From an uncultured delta proteobacterium (GTDB lineage Bacteria > Desulfobacterota > Desulfobacteria > Desulfobacterales > JAFDCJ01): DNA of 64,000 nt. The notes under the pieces are model-generated. The model had not been told where the DNA came from, made no database searches, and saw only the letters and a program-made list of their open reading frames with translations. Below are positions 61,438-64,000 of this stretch, one piece after another. A program made the position numbers and the translations under genes. The DNA lies in contig CAVYNY010000007.1 of assembly GCA_963769935.1 (NCBI GenBank), positions 224,001 to 288,000 on the forward strand, written 5' to 3'. Position 1 is the stretch's first letter. Each line of letters opens with the position of its first letter.

Positions 61438-61776
61438 TTATTTTTTTTCCGGCTGGCTTTGGGTTGCCGGTTGAGCCAGGTTCGATACATTGCCGCGGGC
61501 GACTTTAACGCGAACCTTGTCGGCAATTTCGACGGTTATCGTGGTTTCATCCATACCGGTGATACGACCGTGGATACCGCCGCTGGTGATAATACGATCG
61601 CCTTTTTTTAGATTGGAAATCATCTGGCGGTGCTCTTTCGTACGCTTTTGCTGGGGGCGGATCAGCAAAAAATAAAATATGACAAACATCAAAATCAGCG
61701 GTATAAAACCTGCGAAACCACCGGCGCCGTTGCCTCCTGCACCCCCTGTGCCCATTGCATATGCTATATCAAACAA
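61438..61776 (-). CDS. yajC: Preprotein translocase subunit YajC
   Basis: FYFLLIRPQQKR, LKKGD.IITSGGIHG; TTG start with AGGAGG RBS. Confidence 0.95.
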   Translation of the reverse strand: MFDIAYAMGTGGAGGNGAGGFAGFIPLILMFVIFYFLLIRPQQKRTKEHRQMISNLKKGDRIITSGGIHGRITGMDETTITVEIADKVRVKVARGNVSNLAQPATQSQPEKK

Positions 61777-61964
61777 GACGATTCCTCCTTCCGGGTTGTT
61801 GACAGCTAGGTTATTCTATTTATCATTATATTATTAATATTATGATTTATATTATGCGGTTAGAAATAACGTAGGCATCTGTTTCGTTAAAATCACGATG
61901 ATATACTTTAAAAGATCGAATTCGTCAAATCTTTCTTGAATTTTTTTGTTCCGGGGGAAAAAAT

Positions 61965-63428
61965 TCACTCACGGCATATTATCTTGCTGTCTCCCGGAAC
62001 CATTGACCGATCGCCCTCAATTTCAACATTAAGCTCATGTCTGATTTCCAGATCGACAATCTCCCGGCGTTTTTTATTCAGAAGATATTCTGCCACATCC
62101 ACCGGCACGATTCCTTTGACCCGCTTGGCTTTTTCTTTGAGCGTTTCGAGGCTGAGTTTGCGTAGAAAACCGATGCCCAGCGTCTCGGCCGAAGGAACCA
62201 GCCCCTTGCCCTGACAATATTTACAGGGCAGATAACTGCCGAATTCGATCGAGGGGCGCATTCGCTGGCGTGACATCTCCAACAATCCAAACCGTGAGAT
62301 TTTGCCGACTTTTGTGCGGGCCTTGTCTTCTTTTACGAATTGTCTCAGGGTGCGTTCGATTTCGGATCGATGTTTGGCATCCTTCATGTCGATAAAATCG
62401 ATTACGATTAATCCCCCCAGATCCCTTAACCGCAGCTGTCGCGCAATTTCTTCGGCCGCCTCGAGATCGGTTTGGAATGCCGTTTGTTCAATAGACTTCT
62501 CATGGGTGGATTTACCGGAATTTACATCCACTGAGACCATGGCCTCGGTTTGCTCGATGACAAGGGTTCCGCCTGATTTTAAGGCGACCCGGCTTTCAAA
62601 TATTGACGCGATCTGGTCTTCGAGCTGAAACTTGGAGAAAATGGGTTTGGCGCCTTTGTAAAGCTTGACGATCTTGTCGTGCCGGCTCGCAAAAAGCCTG
62701 ATAAATTCCCGCACCTCATTGAATACGGTAGCCTCGTCAATCAAAATCTCGGCCACTTCCTGGGTGAAGGAGTCTCTGATCGATCGTATGACCAGATGAC
62801 GCTCCTTGTAGAGCAGGGCAGGGGCCTTCCGTTTCATCACGCTGTCCTTGATTGTTTTCCACAGCCGAAACAAATAGGTCAAATCCTTGGAGAGAGCTGT
62901 TTTGCTGGTATTTTCGGCGGCGGTGCGGATAATGAGCCCAAAGTCCTCAGGGATCTTTAATGTGGTTACTATATCTTTCAGACGTTGGCGTTCCTCATCG
63001 CTTTCTATCTTGCGTGAAACGCCCCGGTTGTCGCTGCCCGGCCTCAAAACCATATATCTTCCCGGTAAAGAAATGAAGGTGGTAAGCATGGCTCCCTTTT
63101 TCATAAAAGGATCCTTAATAACCTGCACCATCAATTCCTGTCCGCGCCGAACCAACTTGTCGATGGACTGCTGTCCATCTTCGGGGTCCATAAAATAGTC
63201 GCTGTGAATTTCATATTTTTGCAGGAATCCGTGGCGCTCGGCACCGTAGTCGACAAAGACAGCCTGGAGACTGGGTTCGATGCGGGAGACGATGCCTTTG
63301 TATATGTTGCCGTGGGTGATCTCCTTCAGGCTGCTCTCAATGCGAAACTCTTCAAGTTTGTTGTCTTTGACCGTTGCGACTCTACATTCTTCCGGGTCGA
63401 TTGCATTTACCAAAATTTTGATGCTCAT
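61965..63428 (-). CDS. Ribonuclease E/G family protein (catalytic domain only, RNase G-sized)
   Basis: GNIYKG S1 domain, DVNSG, RQLRLRDLGGLIVIDFIDM, EMSRQR, CxxC Zn-link. Confidence 0.93.
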   Translation of the reverse strand: MSIKILVNAIDPEECRVATVKDNKLEEFRIESSLKEITHGNIYKGIVSRIEPSLQAVFVDYGAERHGFLQKYEIHSDYFMDPEDGQQSIDKLVRRGQELMVQVIKDPFMKKGAMLTTFISLPGRYMVLRPGSDNRGVSRKIESDEERQRLKDIVTTLKIPEDFGLIIRTAAENTSKTALSKDLTYLFRLWKTIKDSVMKRKAPALLYKERHLVIRSIRDSFTQEVAEILIDEATVFNEVREFIRLFASRHDKIVKLYKGAKPIFSKFQLEDQIASIFESRVALKSGGTLVIEQTEAMVSVDVNSGKSTHEKSIEQTAFQTDLEAAEEIARQLRLRDLGGLIVIDFIDMKDAKHRSEIERTLRQFVKEDKARTKVGKISRFGLLEMSRQRMRPSIEFGSYLPCKYCQGKGLVPSAETLGIGFLRKLSLETLKEKAKRVKGIVPVDVAEYLLNKKRREIVDLEIRHELNVEIEGDRSMVPGDSKIICRE

Positions 63429-63670
63429 AAATTTTTATCCTTGCACTGGGCATATAAGAGATAATATTAATAATCAGTTCGATGACATGCGTTTATTTAC
63501 TCGAATATTAAATTGTTAGATACAAGTCAAACGATTTCTGGCGAATAGAAGGTTGCCGATAGCCGGATTTTGAAATTTAAAGCTTTTCTTTCACGGCTTT
63601 TGGAGCTAAAACAGTAAAGGGTTAAATTAGGAACCGGGATCGGTTGAGATCTGGATGTCGGAAAATTTGA

Positions 63671-64000
<330 letters not shown>

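Overview
Bacterial chromosomal window, probably a Desulfobacterota (Desulfobacterales-like) genome; the taxonomy is inferred from protein style and intergenic repeats and is unverified. It has four zones. (1) 0.6-26.2 kb is a mosaic of sugar-acid catabolism and accessory genes: Gfo/Idh/MocA oxidoreductases, nitrilase, GNATs, a LarA-superfamily protein divergent from kdgK-eda-Zn dehydrogenase-SDR, a TctCBA transporter, a UxaA/GarD dehydratase, an FGGY kinase and an MFS. It contains many gene remnants, including a dctP/dctM/uxaC triple chimera. (2) 26.8-40.4 kb is a visibly AT-richer, intact island with a CUT1 ABC importer, two different PLP aminotransferases (DegT/StrS and class III GSA-aminomutase-like), an IolO-like epimerase, a beta-hydroxyacid dehydrogenase, an FGGY kinase, a class II aldolase and a GntR regulator with candidate operators. 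This is the best candidate for an undescribed amino-sugar/aminocyclitol catabolic pathway. (3) 41-47.7 kb holds an MFS, an SDR, a second LarA-like paralogue, a 5'-truncated RiPP-type radical SAM gene and pyrD without pyrK. (4) 47.8-64 kb is core genome: ilvB-ilvN-ilvC-cimA-leuA preceded by an unannotated Ile/Leu/Val-rich leader peptide and attenuator, then topA, dprA, secF, secD, yajC, RNase E/G and the start of leuS. Short-period (7-9 bp) degenerate tandem arrays and palindromic elements are common in intergenic regions outside the island. I saw no rRNA, tRNA, CRISPR array, transposase or integrase.
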